Assembly: GCF_000315625.1 (NCBI RefSeq)
Contig: NW_005434513.1
Coordinates: forward strand, 50,701 to 114,700
Length of the DNA stretch: 64,000 bases
Direction: 5' to 3'
Source of the DNA: Guillardia theta CCMP2712
Lineage: Eukaryota > Protista > Cryptophyta
Position 1 is the stretch's first letter; each line of letters starts with the position of its first letter. Position numbers and translations under genes: made by a program. The notes under the pieces were generated by a model. That model saw only the letters and a program-made list of their open reading frames with translations, ran no database searches and had not been told where the DNA came from. Below are positions 60,739 through 64,000 of this stretch, one piece after another.

Positions 60739-63404
60739 AGGCGCCGTTATTTTCGGCACAGGCGCCGTTATTTTCGGCAGCATGGCTCCTCGTCAGGTGT
60801 AGGGGAAGCCGCCAGGGCGCCAAGGAAGCTGCAAGCAAGAGGTTTGTATACTTCAAATAGCTTTCTAAGTATGGTTCTTCAGTATGATGAAAATGTTCGC
60901 AACCTGCTGTATCGGAGATCATGCCAATACACGCAGAGCGGACTTGTGGATGCCTCTGTCCTCGAAGCTGATCTCGTCGAGAGAGTGAAGAGCTTCGCGA
61001 AGCGTTATCCGAACAGCAGGACAGCCCAGGCTTGCAAGGCTGTGGAGGGATGCACCCCCGACGCTATCGCAGAAGCCATCCGCTCGACATGTCAGCAGGC
61101 ACGACGTGAGCTTCTGCAAGAAGCGATGACTGGATGGAGTGACGCATCCAGAGAGTGGTTTATGCAGCAGATTGAAGAAGCCAAGAAGGAGAAGGTCGAG
61201 ACATACACCGCCTCAGCAGGCAACGAGGTGACTCCCTTCATCTCCATGACTCTCCTGGGCATCTCCTCGGTGTATGTCAACCATGAAGAGAAGCTGAAGA
61301 AGAAATTCGAAGAGATCGGACTGATCGTAGACTCAGTGCAAGAGAGTAAAGCAATCATGTGGAAGGCTCCGTATAGACCCGAGATAGCGAGTGCTGAGGA
61401 GATCCCGGTGACTGTTTCCTTCCTCCGCAATGCACAAGCGGAGAAGCTCTGGCAGGGAAGAGAGGACTTCGCGATCGATGGTCGCAAGTTCACAGCTGTA
61501 CATGTGAGCATCGTGCACGATCGATCTTTCAAGATTCGAGCCAAGAGAGGACCCTGGGGCAAAGGGGGCAGCTTGGCAGAGCTGACTCACCTGCTAACCT
61601 TGGGCGGCATGACAACGGCTGAGATAGCTGCCGTCTATCGCTATCAGCTGCTGCGCCAGTCCCTTGCAGCGGTCCAACTCCAGCCGCTGGCAGGCATGCT
61701 GGTCGCTGGGGCGCCAGGCCAGCAAGTCCACAAAGGCTTAGGTCAGAAAGGCTTCGTCGCTGTAGGGGCCAACGTCATCTGGAGACAGAGGGAGGTGGAG
61801 TGGATCGTCTCCTCGAGCTGCCCAGAGGCGAATGATACAGCATTTCGAGCTTTCCGAGAGAGCGAAGCGATGGAGGGAGTACACCTGACTCTGTTCAGCG
61901 AGGACCCGAAGATCAGAGAGGCGCTCGCAGTCGAGTTGACAGCTGATCGCTTTGTCTCTAGGAATAAGTTGAAGAATCAAGACTGCAGAAGAAGGCAGGC
62001 GGCAAGGACGGCAAGGAGATCAAGATCATCATCAAGTCGACGGCGGCATCTGGTCGCTTCACGAGGAAGGAGATGGAGGGGCTGTGCAACGGCGGCAACA
62101 CGTCCATCGCAAGAGTCAAGAGAGTCTTGTTGGAGATCGCTAACAGGCTCGAGATCAAAGTTGAAGGCATCGACATGGAGGAGGATTTGAACACTAAGTC
62201 TTGGAACGGGTCCAAGCTATGCATCCTCCTCGGCTCCACGGAGGATGCTCGACGCATGATGAAGGAGCTGCCCTTCTATCTCGAAGGCGCAGCAACCAAG
62301 CTCGAAGCAGTCGGCTTCGACAAGGAGCCTGAGGCGGCTGGTCAGCGGGGCCGCACCAGCGACGCAGCGCAGCGACAGGAGGAGAGCGAGGGAGAGTGGC
62401 TGGAGTTTACAGACCTGGAGAGGATCACAATGGAGGCAGCATCTCCGTCAAGCCAAGAGGACATGCAGCTCGTCAGCGAGCTGTCAGCAGTCATCGAAGA
62501 TGCAGCTTCTTTGAACGAGGCAGGGACGAGCGAGCCGATCAAGCTGGTCCTGGACAAGGCCGTTGGCAACCTCCACGACACCTTCTACTCTCCGGGGAGC
62601 CTGGAGTTCATGTCGCTGGGAGAGTGGGCGAAGATGCCAGAGGAGCAGGGAGTTGGGCGCAACGTTCTCAAGGAGAAGCTGGGGAAGTGGCTGCAGAGCA
62701 AGCGCTGGACTCGCGTGCAAGGAGAGAGCAAGAAGGCAAGGAGGGGCAGCGCGTTCTCGCCACGGGCAACGGCAGCTGCTGAGCTTGAGCAGGAGGCGGA
62801 GAGCGACGACATAGAGCGTCGATCTCTTAGCTTCCTGTTCATAGCACTGAGTAAATTCGCAGAGATGCATGTGCTGGCCTGCTCGCTGAAGGTGGACAAG
62901 AAGGACCGACTGCGAGTGGAGATGAGGGAAGATGACGAAGAAGAGGAAGACATGGAGGAAGAGCAAGGCGAGGGCGAGGAAGAAGACAGGGCGAGCCCGT
63001 ACCGAGCTTGAGCTGAGCTCAAGGTAAGGAGAGAAGGTAGGAGGCGACCGAAGGCCAAGGTGAGGAGAGGCAACTCTCCTGACTGAGGCTGAGGAAGCTG
63101 AATGGAGGAGGAGTAGGTGGCGACCGAAGGCCAAGGTGAGGAGAGGCAACTCTCCTGACTGAGGCTGAGGAAGCTGAATGGAGGTAGAGTAGGTGGTGAC
63201 CGAAGGCCAAGGTGAGGAGAGGCAACTCTCCTGACTGAGGCTGAGCAAGCCAAGAGAAGACAGCAGAAGTAGAAAGTAGAAAGACGCCTCAGAAGCAGGG
63301 TTCGCATCGTAGGCCGTGTACTCCCAGTGCTCGAGCGCCTCTTTAGACTAGGATCAAATTGCATAAGCCCACAACGAGGCCGAGCAACATTCTAGCATTC
63401 TAAT
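60739..63404 (+). mobile_element. Family-A ORF1-only element, copy 3 (near full length, ~2.67 kb; one frameshift near 61976)
   Basis: 5' motif x2, ATG 60871 (MVLQY), ORFs 60844..62190 and 62073..63011, then the 3' UTR with the conserved terminal motif. There is no room for an RT ORF. Confidence 0.88.
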
Positions 63405-63544
63405 CCAGGCAGCGCCGGTTATTCCAGGCAGCGCCGGTTATTCCAGGCAGCGCCGGTTATTCCAGGCAGCGCCGGTTATTCCAGGCAGCGCCGGTTATTC
63501 CAGGCAGCGCCGGTTATTCCAGGCAGCGCCGGTTATTCCAGGCA
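63405..63544 (+). repeat. 19-bp tandem array (CCAGGCAGCGCCGGTTATT), ~7 copies, forming the 5' end of copy 4
   Basis: Directly visible. Runs into GGCACCATGGCT, the element leader. Confidence 0.92.
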
Positions 63545-64000
63545 CCATGGCTGCACGCGTGGTGTAGGGGAAGCTGCCAGGGCGCCAAGGAAGCTGCAAG
63601 CGAGAGGTTTGTATACTTCAAATAGCTTTCTAAGTATGGTTCTTCAGTATGATGAAAATGTTCGCAACCTGCTGTATCGGAGATCATGCCAATACACGCA
63701 GAGCGGACTTGTGGATGCCTCTGTCCTCGAAGCTGATCTCGTCGAGAGGGTGAAGAGCTTCGCGAAGCGTTATCCGAACAGCAGGACAGCCCAGGCTTGC
63801 AAGGCTGTGGAGGGATGCACCCCCGACGCTATCGCAGAAGCCATCCGCTCGACATGTCAGCAGGCACGACGTGAGCTTCTACAAGAAGCGATGGCTGGAT
63901 GGAGTGACGCATCCAGAGAGTGGTTTATGCAGCAGATTGAAGAAGCCAAGAAGGAGAAGGTCGAGACATACACCGCCTCAGCAGGCAACGAGGTGACTCC
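63405..64000 (+). mobile_element. Family-A element, copy 4 (runs off the window end)
   Basis: ATG 63636 (MVLQYDENVRNLLYRRSCQ), near-identical to copies 1 and 3. Confidence 0.88.

Noticed and set aside
60770-60835. HDV-like ribozyme at the element 5' end (GGCAGCATGGCTCCTCG resembles HDV words)
   Set aside because: I could not build P1/P2/P3 with a canonical L3 and J4/2, and copy 4 and family B lack the CTCCTCG. An Infernal/RNArobo search would settle it.
55860-61985. Programmed frameshifting in the family-A ORF
   Set aside because: The frameshifts fall at different positions in different copies (~55870, ~56738, ~61976) and family B is uninterrupted, so they are mutations or sequencing errors.

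Overview
Eukaryotic nuclear DNA with short GT(GC)-AG introns, microsatellite-filled introns and three N gaps. The style suggests a cryptophyte such as Guillardia theta, but this is inference only. Bases 1 to about 45.4 kb form an ordinary gene-rich arm. It holds DDB1 (3' part), an LYRM7/MZM1-like gene, a DUF3431 gene, a family of HTH-gene repeats, a 19-kb REJ/PKD-like surface-protein gene, an RCC1+EGF membrane-protein gene, PGM2 and an ADP-ribosyltransferase-ankyrin gene. From about 45.8 kb the window looks subtelomeric: a foldback with ~400-bp arms, a 37-bp minisatellite and an intronless Crinkler/RHS-type NTPase-REase gene. These are followed by a head-to-tail array of retroelements interleaved with four (TTTAGGG)n tracts. 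The main finding is an apparent two-component, telomere-targeted non-LTR system. One component is a fragment of an RLE-clade LINE (dead RNase H, CCHC knuckle, restriction-like endonuclease). The other is several copies of ~2.7-kb elements that encode only a ~715-aa ORF1-like protein and no RT. Both share a 3' motif (CTTTAGACTAG...TTCTAGCATTC.AATAAACTC, a predicted pseudoknot) and a triplet tail joined to TAGGG, and both carry reiterated 5'-terminal ~20-mers.
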